DNA of 64,000 nt from Malacoraja senta. Taxonomy: Eukaryota. The position numbers and the translations under genes are program-made. Under the pieces are notes generated by a model, which did not search any database, was not told where the DNA came from, and was given only the letters and a program-made list of their open reading frames with translations. Position 1 is the first letter of the stretch. Each line of letters opens with the position of its first letter. Positions 14,480 through 28,000 of the stretch are shown piece after piece. The stretch spans positions 11,534,001 to 11,598,000 of the forward strand of contig CM075989.1 in the NCBI GenBank assembly GCA_038087875.1, written 5' to 3'.

Positions 14480-15900
14480 TTGGGATAAGAAGTAGGTCAC
14501 CAGGCCCCACTAGCCTGGTCCGCCATTCCATGTCACAGTGACTCGCTTAACTTCATTCTTGACTACCCAGGACACCATATCATCCCATTTCCTTATCAAA
14601 GATCCAGCTGTTTCTCTTAAAAATATTCAGAGTCTTTCTCTGCCTTTTAAGGAGGAGAGTCCCAAAGGCAAGTGACCACTGAGCAAAAAATCTCCACTCT
14701 TTGTTTTAAATAGTGGAACCCTTTATTTTTGAATAATGAATCCTCGTTCACATTTTCCACAAGAGGAAACATCTCCCTCATGTTCACGCTGTCAAGAAAT
14801 TTAGGGCTCTTACATGTTTAAATCACGTCTAAATTCCAGTGGATACAAGCTGAACCTACCCAATATTGCCTCTTCAAACAATAGGTATCAGTCTAATTCA
14901 TTACATCTTTGAACTACATCTAACAAATTAAAATCCTCCTTCAAATAAGGGGGCCGGTACTATGCACATATTCCAAATATAGTCTCACCAATGCTGCATA
15001 TAACTGAAGCATGACCTTCTACTTCTGTATTTAATTTGCCTGGATTAACAAATAACATTCTGTTATCTTACTAGCTGCCTTTTGTATCTGTATACCATCC
15101 TTACATCACGCAACAGGATATACCCTTCCTTCTCTATCTCAGGGCTCTGCAGTCTGTCACAATTTAGATAATATACTTCACTGTTACTTTCCCAGATGAA
15201 GTGGATAATTTCACATTTTCTTTAATTATACTCCATTTGGTCAGATTTTCCTCCATTCACAACCACTTGATACCCCTTGGAGCCTCTTCTGCCCGCTTGA
15301 TAATTACTATCTTAGTATCATTGGCACTGCGCTCCAGATAACCTATGTCCACATCAATGTTACCTTCCTTCGTGAGCTTTCATTTTCCTCAATGACCTCT
15401 GATGCAACACTTATCATTGTCGCTGGTTCCCCTTTATACACAGAGCAAATTACTTCTTCAAAGAGCTTCAATCAGTCAAACATAATTCCCCTTCACCTAA
15501 ACCATGTTGATTTAAACTGATCACTTTGAATTTTCCTAAATGTTTTGTGATTACATCTTCAGTAATAGCTCTTAACATTCTCCTGAGAAAGCTGATTGAC
15601 CTATGGTTCCCTTTTTTGTATCTCTCGCTCTCTTGGAATGGAACATTCAGCAAATCGAGGGAAGTTTAAAAAAAAACAGAAGTAAATGCATCAGCTATCT
15701 CACTGGTCTCTTTTTTTGGACCCTTGGATGAAATCCTTCAGGACCCTGTGACTTGTCCACCATCTGCCCCAACAATTTGCTCAGTGTCACTTCCCTGGTG
15801 ATTGCAATGTTCCTTCTAGTTCAGAATTATTTCTGGGATGTTACTTGTATTCTCAGTGATGAAAACTGATGCAAAATGTTCATCTGCTATTTCTTCATCC
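14480..15900 (-). mobile_element. Old degraded CR1 LINE
   Basis: Residual motifs (NQHGLGEGELCLTD, ITKHLGK) and collinear similarity to the younger CR1 copies in this window. Confidence 0.65.
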
Positions 15901-17516
15901 TTCCTGGCCATTCCTTCAGCTGCTGGGGACCTAAACTCTGGAATTCCCTCCATAAATCTCTTTGTCCCTCTGTCTCTCTTTCATTTTGTAAAGATGCTGG
16001 CTAGAACTTAATCCCTTGTCCAAGCTAACAGTCACCCATTCTGGTATCATTATATGCAGCCAATCTACAACAGACGTTGATGAGGCTCCCGTGAAGAGGT
16101 TTTGCATATTTTGCTTTTTAAAGACGCTGTATAAATGAAAGTTGTTGTTTATGCAATGAATATCAGCCCTCTTTGGCCTTGACATGTTTCAAAGCCAGAT
16201 TAATGAGACCAAGTAAAACCAGACTGAATGATTGATTTGACATGAGCAGACCGATGAGCTAATTGAAGCAACTGAGTCTTGATTAAAACGGTTAATCTTT
16301 CTTCATTAAAGCAATCTGAATATTTGGGATTATCCTTTTTTACCAGGGTATAATCAGATCTGATGCTCTACGACTGAAGAAACACTGAGAAAAGTCCTAA
16401 CATCCAATCAAAGATACCCTGTTGCTTCCTTTAATTTTATACACAGATGGTACAGAAAACAATGCACCACATACAGAGCGCACCTGATCATAAAGGTCTA
16501 GCACTGCTCACTGCAAGGACCAGCACCAAAGGATGACCTCGAATCTGGAACTGGGATCAGGAGAACACTATCCCCTGACCATTGTGTTCATTCCATTTTG
16601 TGCATTCTTTGTACGGATAATATTTAATGTGAGTGAATTACATGTCAGGATGATATATGAAAATAGGAACAAGGAATTGCAAATGCTGGTTTACAAAAAG
16701 ACAGTGCTGGAGTAACTCAGCAGGTCAGGCAGCATCTCTGGTAAATGTGGATAGGTGATATTTCGGGTCTGGACCGTTCTTCAGACACACGCATTAGCTA
16801 TCCATGTTCTCCAGAGATGTTGCCTTACCCGCTGAGTTACTCCAGCACTTTGTGTCATTTTTATGACATATTAGTATATTGTCTGTGTCCACACCTATTG
16901 TTCTCTGGTATATTTTTATGAGGCAGATGAAGGAAGGAGGATCAACATTTTCACCTGCATATCTTCCTTAGGGTAATGGAGTCAGAAACTAGATGGCATA
17001 GGAGTAAAGTAAAATGAAAAATATTCAAAAAGGACCTGAGGGGCAATTTTCTCACACGCATATACATATGCATATATGAATATATATAAAGCAAGCTGCC
17101 ATGAGAGGTGGTAAAGGCAGGTACAACTACAACATTTAAAAGGCACGGGCAGGTACATGGATAGGGAGATTTGGGCCATGGGCCAGATACAGGCAAGTGG
17201 GACTGGTTCAGTTAAGTAACTTGGTTGGCATGGATGAGTTGGGACAAAGGGCCTGCTATATAACTCTATGATGTTATTTGGAACGCCCCATGTTTTTTTC
17301 AATGTTTCTATAAATGTTAATAAATGTTTCTATAAATGTTAATATATTCCCTTGTGCATATATCCTTCCATGGTCTCCTCCTTCCTTGTCGCTGTATTTT
17401 CACTGTTTTCAATTCCCCATCTCCCCACATATGTGGGCTTGACAAATGTTGTCCTCTTGTGTATTGCTGCTTTCAATTGTTCCATCACTGAGGAATGTGT
17501 ATTTCCTCAAAATATC

Positions 17517-17820
<304 letters not shown>

Positions 17821-18538
17821 TATTAAATGCTACATTATCATTTGGTCTCATCCTACCAGAGACATTCTGTTTGTTCTACCCATTCCTCTCCCACTTTCTC
17901 TTCTGCTAAAAAAAAACGAACTTGGTTTCTTTATTTCCCAGTTCTGACAAATGATTCCAGACCTGAAATGTTAATTGTTGTTCTGTCCACAGTTACTGTC
18001 AGACCTGCTGAGTATTTCCACTAGTTTCTGTTTTGGTATTGGTTTATTATTGTCATGTGTACTGAGATACAGAATCCCCTCCAGTAACTTACTCACCACT
18101 AATGTTTAGCTCACCGGTCTGTAGATCCCAGACTTTTCCTTATGGCCTTTCTTAATAGAGATACAATGTTGGCCACCCTCCCGTCTTCCGGCACTTCACC
18201 TGTGCCTATCGATAATAGAAATATATCTTCATCACTGTACTAGGTGTACAAAACAGAAGAAGGAACTCAGTGAGATAAGCAGTATCTGTGGAATAATAGG
18301 AATTGTCAATGTTTCAGGTCATGACCCTGCATCTGGATGCATAACTTTGACTATTCCTTACTCTTAAACTCCATATTTTGGTTGACGCGCTGAGTTCCTC
18401 CAGCAGTGTTGTTTTCTGCAGATTACAGCATCTGCAATACCTCTCTACTTGGTGCTTGTGTGAGTGAGCTAATGATCGTTGGTTTCAGTTCCACCATGGG
18501 CTGCCTGAAAATTTAATCAGGTTATAGAAACCTAAAAA

Positions 18539-18738
18539 NNNNNNNNNNNNNNNNNNNNNNNNNNNNNNNNNNNNNNNNNNNNNNNNNNNNNNNNNNNNNN
18601 NNNNNNNNNNNNNNNNNNNNNNNNNNNNNNNNNNNNNNNNNNNNNNNNNNNNNNNNNNNNNNNNNNNNNNNNNNNNNNNNNNNNNNNNNNNNNNNNNNNN
18701 NNNNNNNNNNNNNNNNNNNNNNNNNNNNNNNNNNNNNN
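18539..18738. other. Assembly gap (200 N)
   Basis: Round-number N run typical of a scaffolding join; the right flank begins abruptly inside a CR1 fragment. Confidence 0.99.
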
Positions 18739-20086
18739 TAAATATCATAAAGAACAAAGGTCTCAGCACTGATCCCAGTGGTACACCACCATTCACTTCC
18801 TCCCGTCCCCAAGCATAATTTTGGGTCCAATTCGGCAAATCTCTTTGAATCGCGTCTTAATTTTTGGACCACCCATCACAGGACACTATCTAATGCTTTA
18901 CTTCAGTCCATATGGGCAATGTCCACCACCCTGCCCTCATCAATTTTCTTAGTTATCTCCACAAAATAATTCATATCAATGATGCTGGATATCCCCCACA
19001 GATATCAGTACCTGTCTTTCCAAATGTACACAAATCCTGTTCTTTAGAATTTCCCCCCATAATTTCTCTACCACTGATGTAATGGTCACTGGCCTGTACA
19101 TACCTGGCCTATTCTAAGGGCCATACCTTTGTCCCTTCCTACTTAATCCTTTGTTCTTCAATTATGCTAACATCCACTATATCAATGTTTTGCCCACACA
19201 GACAAGTCCATCCATGCAATATCAAGAATTGCAGTTTACTCAATAATCTTCATTATTTCAAAATAATCAAAAGCATTTGCGTTAGCTTATCCAAACTACC
19301 AACATGTTGTAGTCACAGCAGGGGACAATCACGCTTGGCGGTTTTGTGGAATTTGACATTGTTTAAAAATAAAATCTACACATTGCACGTGTAGGACACT
19401 TACCAAGTGCAGTTCATTATTTTCCCGTGATTGAAGAAAACTGGAGACTAAACGGTTACAAAAAATATTGCCGTGGTAGGTAAACTCCAGAGTGATGATT
19501 GATATGTCATTATGCTGCATGTGATTTAAATATGGAGACCATCCTCTAGAAGGGAACTTGTCCCATTCTTTTCCAGTCAGCAAGAAAATGGCTCAGCTTT
19601 GAGGTTATCCCCATCTGCTGCAAGCAACTCAGTGATTTTGTGCAGATTATGAGTAGATATCTGTCACTGAATGATGTCACACTACTGTTGACAACTACTT
19701 TGGGGAAAGCTGGAAATATCAGGGCAAATTTTACATCATTTCCTTTTGCTGAATATACAAGGATTTTACAACAAATATTTGCTTTGCCCAATAAATATCT
19801 CTATGGAGAGACAACCTAATCAGAATTTCCCTGATATCTCAATGGACTTGGCAACTGTTAATTCTGTGCATCCCTGGAGGTTTTAATGCACTAAGGGTCC
19901 TCGATCAATCTACTGTGTACCCTTGTCTTATCACTGATTAGTCAATATATCCATCCTCAGTACATTAGCAAACTAGATATCCTAAATACACAATACTTTC
20001 ATAACCAGTAGATTGAAGTTTTCAAAGGAAAAAAAGTACTACTAATGTCACAATGATTTTCATCTCAGTATGTTTCACACCATATC

Positions 20087-20221
20087 TTCTTCTTTCGTGT
20101 GGCATGCACAGCCTAAAGTTGTTGGACAACTTGTTCTATTTGATCTTCCGTTTGTGCACGTCGAGTTGATTGCATTAGTCGAAACAGGGCGGACCACGTG
20201 AAGGTTGCAATCTTCCACCCC
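20087..20221 (-). mobile_element. 135-nt non-autonomous retroelement (Ingi/Vingi-like SINE derivative)
   Basis: 10-bp TSD acaccatatc (20077-20086, 20222-20231), 3' tail CACACGAAAGAAGAA, 5' end coincident with ribozyme G1. Clade assignment is inferred from the tail and ribozyme. Confidence 0.75.
20168..20221 (-). ncRNA. Minimal HDV/CPEB3-like self-cleaving ribozyme (predicted)
   Basis: GGGGUGG-AA-GAUUGCA-ACC-UUCACGU-GGU-CCGCCCU-GU-UUCG-A-C-UAA-UGCAAUC. P1 has the G1.U wobble, P2 is 7/7 paired, P3/L3 is canonical, and a candidate catalytic C precedes UAA. Confidence 0.8.
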
Positions 20222-20959
20222 ACACCATATCCATCTTAAGTGTTGGCATCTGAAGTCCACCTTCAGTGTTGGCATCTTTACCTGTGATATACTATATCAA
20301 TTATTTTTCACTCATAATTTACATGGAGACAGGGAATGCAGTATAAGCACTCCTTTTGAGTGAGGCTTGAGCACTTTACATTGCATGGGTCAATCAGAAA
20401 TTATCACAGGAAACCCATGGTATAGCTGGGGGGTGGATGCTGGGGCTCAAGGCAAATACAGGACATTAATGTATGCATCCTGTTCACAGGCAATGGTCCT
20501 TTATAAACCATTAATTTCCCTCTCCCTTTCCTAAACATAATGTAGGAAATGTGAGCTCACCATTGAGGCCCAATTTGATAACCAGTGATATTCTGACTTT
20601 GATTCCACAATAATCAAAGTTAACTGGTCTGACTGGTAATTCTATCTTAAAATGTTACTAAGAAATCCTCCACCATTTTATTTGAGTCCAGACACAACTA
20701 TGACTTTTGCGTCATAGCAATATTTACCATGCAGTTAAGACATGAATTTTCTGTTCAGTTAAGTCTTTCCCTTTTTTATTTGTGCTTGATGTTTTTTAAA
20801 TGATGAACACACTTCATTCGTGAGATACAACTCAGTTTTTTTCATGCTAATTAAATCAAAACTAGTGAATATAACAGAGATTAAAAAATAAAATTATGAT
20901 AATTAATTTTTCATTGCTTGAGCCTTTGACTTACCAAATACTTCCACTAAAATTATATA

Positions 20960-22012
20960 TCTATATATTCCTAAAACTCATCTTATTTGTTTGTATGCGT
21001 GCGTGCGTGAATGTGATATCCCAAAACCCCACCAAAACGGTACACTAGCGCTACAATTTTTGACCCACCTTACTCACCATTGTCCTGGGATCTAAATGAA
21101 ACAAGTTTCGTTTGGATTGATTTTATATTTTACAAGTTATTGACATTTTAAACTTTACTTTCAAACCACTTTTCCACTTACCCTGCCCGTCAGCCATGTT
21201 ACAATGACATCAGAATGGGATCCCGAATCCCATTTACATTTTTTTTTAAATCGTGATTTTCAAAATAACTCACTTTTAATCAAATTCTTCTGTTTTCATT
21301 AACAGCTAACATTGTGTTTATGTTATTTTAAAGACAAATCATGATTTTCATTGTGGGGGGGTGGGATAGGGGGGAGATGAGGAGTGGGGGAACAGAGGGA
21401 TTGAGGGAGAGGGGGCAGTGGAGGAGGTAGGGAGTGGGGGATAGAGAGAGAGGAGGTGAGGAGGGAGAGTGGGGGTGGGATATTGGAGGTGAGGAATGGT
21501 GGAGCAGGAAGATAGAGGGAGAGGAGGGAGGGGTTATGGAGGGACGGGGGAGTGACTGGGTAGGGGAAGGGAGCGAGAGGGAGAGGTGAGGGAGGGAGTG
21601 GGGGAGTGGAGGAGGAGAGGGGAAAGGAGGTTGAAGAGGGGGAGGCTGTGTGATGAGGGAGAATGGAGGATAAGGGTAGGAAGAGGGATGGCGAGGTAAT
21701 GGAGGAGAGGGAGGGGAGGGAGGGAGTGAGAGGAGGAAGCAGAGGAGGGTTGGTGGAGAGTGGGGTGAGGGAGGATAATGGAGGAGGAGAATAGGGGACT
21801 GAAGAGGGAGAGTGAGATGCGTTCAGATTGATCTTATATTTTAAAGGTTATTGCCATTTTGAACTTTAAAAACGTTGCATTCGCGCTCCCACTTGCCGGC
21901 TGCGCAGTTGGGGAGGGTTGCCGTGACCAGCGTCACAACGGGAACCCATTAGCCGCACAGCGCAGTTTGGTGGAATATTGCTTTAGGGAGAACGGGGCCC
22001 AACTTGGTCTAG
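20960..22012 (+). mobile_element. Non-autonomous Helitron-like element, copy 1
   Basis: A|TC...CTAG|T termini, no TSD or TIR, 5' ttgtttgt microsatellite, internal GA-rich tract. Homologous end to end with 50898-52132. Confidence 0.75.
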
Positions 22013-25000
22013 TATACACACAAATAAAATATACATAGGTTTAAATATGAAAGCCCTAAATGAGCAAATCAATCGCCAAGCATGCAAGGCTGCAGACCAA
22101 ATCTACTAAATAAGATAAGTGTGGATGATGTTCAATTTGGGCATGGTGGGTGGTTGGGTTTGTTTCTATGCCAGATTACTCTATTATTCATATTAACCCA
22201 AAACACGGTGTTTAAGTTTTGCTTCATGTGTTGCCTGTATGGAGTTTACATGTTCTTCCTGTGACTGCATCTCTCCCCGAGCGTTCCAGTTTCTTCATAC
22301 ACTCCAAAGACGTGTATGGTAGGTTAATTGGCCACTATAAATTTTGCCCAGTATGGAGGTGAGTGGTAGAATCTGACGAGAGTACAGGAGAATGTGAGGA
22401 GAGTAAAAAGTGGGACGGATGTAGGATTTGTGTAAATTGGTGGTTGGTGTGGACACAATGGGCCGAAAATCCTATTTCCAATGCTGTATCTCTCTATGGC
22501 TAACTAATTCTTCACCGTCAGTGACACTTTCTTCTCTTTCACATGATGACACTGAACTGAAAAAAAGTGACAAAAGAGGCTTCAAGCATTTCACAGTTTG
22601 AATAGTTGGGAGGTAAGCAGAATGCATTTACAAGACATCAACCTTTTAAAAGAATTTAGTTGAGGAGTGTTTTAATACAACTGGTGACCATGGTCTGCTT
22701 TACTTTATAGGAGTTTAATTGATTCAATCACAAGGATGACAGTAATCAAAAAGCAAAAGAACGGCTGGTGCCGAAAAGTTGAATAAAAAGCAGAAAATGC
22801 TGGAAATACTCGACAATGGAGAAAGAATTCTAGACTGATGACTGGTTTTAATCGATGTCAAAACAGGACCACTTGATACCAGGTTTCAATGTAAGATCAT
22901 CAACCTGAAATATTAACTTTGTTTCTCTCCCCATAGATGCAGTCCAACCTGTTAATTGTTTCCAGATTTTGTGTTTTAAATACCAGTATGACAATCCTTG
23001 TCATGAAGTTAACGTAGCAAAAGAAACATCTTTTTTTCTTTAGATTTGATCGAGTTGTTCATTCCGAGAGATTTCAAATCACATAATAGCTTCACCTTCT
23101 AGCTTGAAAGATCAATGTATATATCAGTACATTACTTATTAATTGAAAACTTCAAACTTTTCCAAACAATAATGCCAGAAAACAGGAACTGCATTTGCTG
23201 GTTACCATGTCATTACAGAATTCTTTCCAGTTTTGTTTGTCATATCAGAACATTAACAGGGTACTGGAAGTTGGGTTGCTATGTATCTCAGGCTAATTGC
23301 TTTTTTAAATATATATTTACCTAGCTGGCAATGCTTTCAAGTCATTTTCAAAAAACCTGGTAATACCTGCTATAAAGTTGGCATACAAGTGACAAAGTTT
23401 TTGCTGCAGCCAGAACATTTCCGAAGCAGTACCAAGGGATTTGATTTGATGTGGTTCTCAATTCATTCCTCTTCTTTTTCATCTTTGCTTTCATTTTAGT
23501 TACAGCTTATGTTAGTTACATCTATACTGCTACAGATGAGATTTCTCTGTAAGGCAGTTTTACTAAAATACAACACAAACGCGACAGCTCTGTATAATTT
23601 ACTGATTGATGTCAGACTTTACATTATATATTTGACAAAATCTTCATTTTTGTTTTTTGACCCCATTTCTGCCAATGCTTTTACACTTTTATTCCACCAC
23701 TGACCAGCACATCAGCAGGTGAGATTGATCAGCAAACCATGAAAGCCCCACACAAATTTCTTAAATCAAATGAATAAAAATGTAAATGTTGTGCCTTTGA
23801 CATTTTTTTTCCTGGCACAGGCTTTTGTCAGTTTAAAAATACAAAATTTCCATTTACATTTTGGTGTTTAAAAAAAGTTTTAAATCAGTGAAAACCAAAG
23901 AAATTCAAGCTGACAGAGTTAATAATTTCCATATGTCTACCTGCCATCTGGAGTTGAGTCTGGACTTCTTGACTAACACCCTCTTTGCCGTCTTTGATCC
24001 TTCCAGTCTCAACTATTTCAACACACTCCTGGACAGCTTTCCTCAATCTATTCTATAAGGGTGAGCTCATCCAAACTGTGTTGGCTGCGTCCTCTGCTTT
24101 CTGACCCACTTTAATTCCCAGCTAAACAATGGCTTAAGCTAAATATTCTTCCTTTGTTTCCAAACTCCCCATGGACTCGGCCTCCCGTTTCTGGCCAGTA
24201 GTAGGTATAAGGGTGGACAAACTGCACTGCACTCCTATTGTAATCTGAAGAAAACAACTGAGTATGACTGCACAGGCACACGTTCACAACTTAATCAGTG
24301 TGCTACATGTGCCCTCCACAGGCCAGTAAACTTGTTTCTCTACCATTGGTTATTCCCAATTTTAATCACACCGCTTGACATGTGCCTTCAGTTGTCAGGA
24401 TCCTAAACTCTATTATTCTCCTTTAAGCATTCTTAACAAACTCTGATCAAACTTCCATACGATTCAGCCCCAAGTGTCCAGTGTAAATCATTGGGACATT
24501 TTTGCTTTGCTAAAGCCACAAAATAAATACAATTGTGTTGGGTTTGAGTACTCAGTTATTATATAATCATCTGGAGAAGCCAGGAATTAAACTTACAACT
24601 GACGTCCCCATGAACTGCATGAGTTCTTCAATAGAATTGATTATGTGACTAATCCCTAATAAGATGCAGCGCTGGAGAAGCCCTTTCGGGATTAAGATGG
24701 ATGTGCAGAAGGTTCATGGATAGAACCTTAGTTTTGTATGCCAATGATATTGAAATGTGTTTTTTTGTTTAATAATCCTTATTAATAAATTCTGATGTTG
24801 GTACCATAAGGGGTCATCAAGGCAAACAGATTGGACATGGTCAAGCAGAAGCTAGATAAACATGAAAGGATTGAGGATATCCTGACTGAAGGGGACAGAT
24901 ATGAGTAGCATAAATGCCAGCACTGGTCAGTGAGATCAAATAACTTGTGCAGGGAAGGTGTTACTGTGTGTAACACCTTCCATATGGCCCCAAAATATTA

Positions 25001-28000
25001 CTTCTAGGGAAAATGAAACATTTTCAACTCAAGGCAAACCTGGCAAAGCATTCCCATGCTTTGTAGGAACCAAATACAAATGGTCACCACTTTGTGGAGT
25101 ACCTGCGTTCAGTCCGCTGGGCGACCCTGTGCTTTGGTAGCCTTCCACTTTAATTTTCCATTCCAACACCTCTGTCCTATCTGACTCTGGCTTTCTACAT
25201 TTTTATAATTCTAATGTAAGCTTGAGAAAGAACACCTTCCATCTAGGTACGTGGGAGCCTTCTGGACTCAATTTTACAGCTGTAGGTAACTAACCAGGTC
25301 TGCTGTAATTCCTTTGTATCATTGGCTCTTTTTCTTATAGCAGATACTGCCCGACATGTTTCAGCATTTTCACTTTACATTTACATCTATGGTTATTAGC
25401 TTTTTTCCCCTTCATTATTTAGCCTGTCCAGCTGGTCCTTGCTCTTCACAAAATTTTGTTATTTTCCCTGTTTTATTTAGGAAATGTTACGAAAATTGAG
25501 ATTTTAAAAATCAAGCCTGTAATTTATCCCATCAGATAAAGCATAAAAAGAACTTTAATTTGATACCTAATTCACTTTCATATCTTCAGTATTAAAAAAA
25601 GTTATGGGCATTTTCATACACGGAAATTAGCATCTTGTTCCCTATTGCTTTTCCATTAACTTAACACAAAAGCTCTGATCGAGGACTGTCAATTGACATA
25701 AAATCCCATAACTTTCTTAAAAATTAAGAGAACTGAATGAAGTTTTCAGTTATTATAGATTGAAGCATTCTGAAACAAATATGATACATCTTACTTGGAT
25801 GGCCTGAAATGAAAGTATATAATTAGTTAATTACCTAATTAAGTAGCTAATTACAAAATTAACCGTTGTGACGGAAATAGCAAGACTGCCTTGAAAATTC
25901 AAAATTTGATATTCTCAAGATCAGAACTTTATTATTGTAACGTTAAAAAAAAAGTAAAACCCAACAAACAAAATCATATTCATCAGTCATCAAATCAATT
26001 AAATTAATCTAAATTCAATTACTAGATCTGAACATCTATCCCATTCTTAAGAAAAGGCTAAAAATATGTTTTTAAATAGCCAAAGTATCCAAATAACAAA
26101 CTGATCCCCTTCACACAAGAATTCACAATATTACATGTTTAAATCTCACTTTGTCATGAATTTCTATGCCAAATCGAAGGAATTGAATGTTTAATTCCCA
26201 TAAATTTTACTCTGTTGGTTTATAACACTGCAATAGGCACGGGCTGTTTTTCACAGACATGTGTTCAAAATCCACAAACATCCACTCAAGATAATCAAAA
26301 TCAATATTTTTTGCACAATCATGTCCTAAGAACATCTAAATTATCTATATTTTGTGTAAATGCCTATCCATGACCAATATTTTCATACTAAATATCTGAT
26401 TAAAAACTATGTACTGTGGAAGTTTGTCAGATTTAGTATTAAAATATTGATCATGGATTGTTCAATGTTATTGCACCGTTTATTAAATATTCATGCACTT
26501 CCCCTCCCAATCATGTTAGGCTAACAGATCAGTAAATTGTCTTGAAGCTAGACACAAAATGCTGGAGTAATTCAACGGGTCAGGCAGCATCTCTGTGATG
26601 TTTCGGGTCGAGACCCTTCTTCAGCCTGACCTGCCGAGTTACTCCAGCATTTTGTGTCTAGCTTTGGTGTAAACCAGCATCTGCAGTTCCTCCCTACACA
26701 GTAAATCTGTCTTGTCTCTTTTTTGCAGAGTGGAGTTTGATACTCGGAACCAAAGTAACCACCCCAGAACAAGAGCATCTACTACATTGCAAGTCATCTT
26801 CAATGAACTACGTGTAGATCATCAGGTGCTTGGGATTTATAAGTTTTAAAACTCTCTAGTAAAAGAAAAAGCACTGGAGTAACTCAGAACAGGCAGCATC
26901 TGTGGGTCGGAGACCTTTTGACTGATTGTAGTACGAGGGAGAAAGCTGGAACAGAGGTGTGTGGGGGACAAAGTCTTGGCATTCCAGCACAGATGCTAGC
27001 TGCCCCACTGAGTAACTCAAACATTTTGTACTTTGCTCAAGATTCCTTCAGTATCTTCAGTTCTTTGTGTCTCAATCTTTCAAGTAAGTTCCTGTAATTC
27101 CTTACTCTCAAGAGAACCTCAATTCTATCTATCTGATAGGTTTTGAGTCTTCTGTGAAGATGGACACAGGGGTAGTGTTGCTGCCTTATAGCGCAAGAGG
27201 CCTGGCTTTGATCACAGAGTTTGTACATTTTCCATATGACCATGTTGGTTTTCTTTCGGTGTTCTGGTTTCCTCCCACATTCCAAAGATGTGCAGGTTTG
27301 TATGTACATGATGAGTGGGATAGAACTAGTGTACGGGTGATCACTGGTCAGTGTGGACTCGGTGGGCGGAAGGGCCTGCTTCCATGCTGTATCTAAACTA
27401 ATAGTTTAATTCCTTTATGATTTCCTTATATGCCATTCTAAATTGTCGCTGGGCCTCATGTTTGCTCTTGCTTGTCTTTTCATTTTTATCTACTTGTAAA
27501 TGGACTGAAAGAACTGTTTCTTGCCAGTCTAATTTCATTCTAACATGCATTTCTTTATTGATTTCTTGATATTGCCCTATTGTGTTCCAAAATACTCCCA
27601 ATTTTAAGGCCTACTACTTATTCTAGCAACTTGACAAGCCACTTTTTAAATTTAATACCATCTTTAACTTCTCTTGGCGGTTGCAGATAAGAGACAAATC
27701 AATGTTCCTTGGGCCTTGTGCTTTAAAAAGGGCATATTTATTTTGCAAATATGCATCATTTCTTTAAATACAGACCATTCCTTGTCCACAGTACTTATTT
27801 TCCCAATCAATCATAATCTACTCTCGTACCTACATAACTTCCTTTGTTTGGCTTTACGATTCCACTTTTGTATTGAACCACGTGCACTTACAAGCTCAAT
27901 GCAAAATTCTCTTACCCTTCTCTAAAGATCCCCGGCTAATAGAATCATTAACTAATTCTTTCATTGCACAGTGATACCCAAAATAGCTCTTTCCGAAGCT

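Noticed and set aside
18485..18872. ORFs spanning the N run
   Set aside because: Open only because of the gap; the flank is a CR1 remnant.
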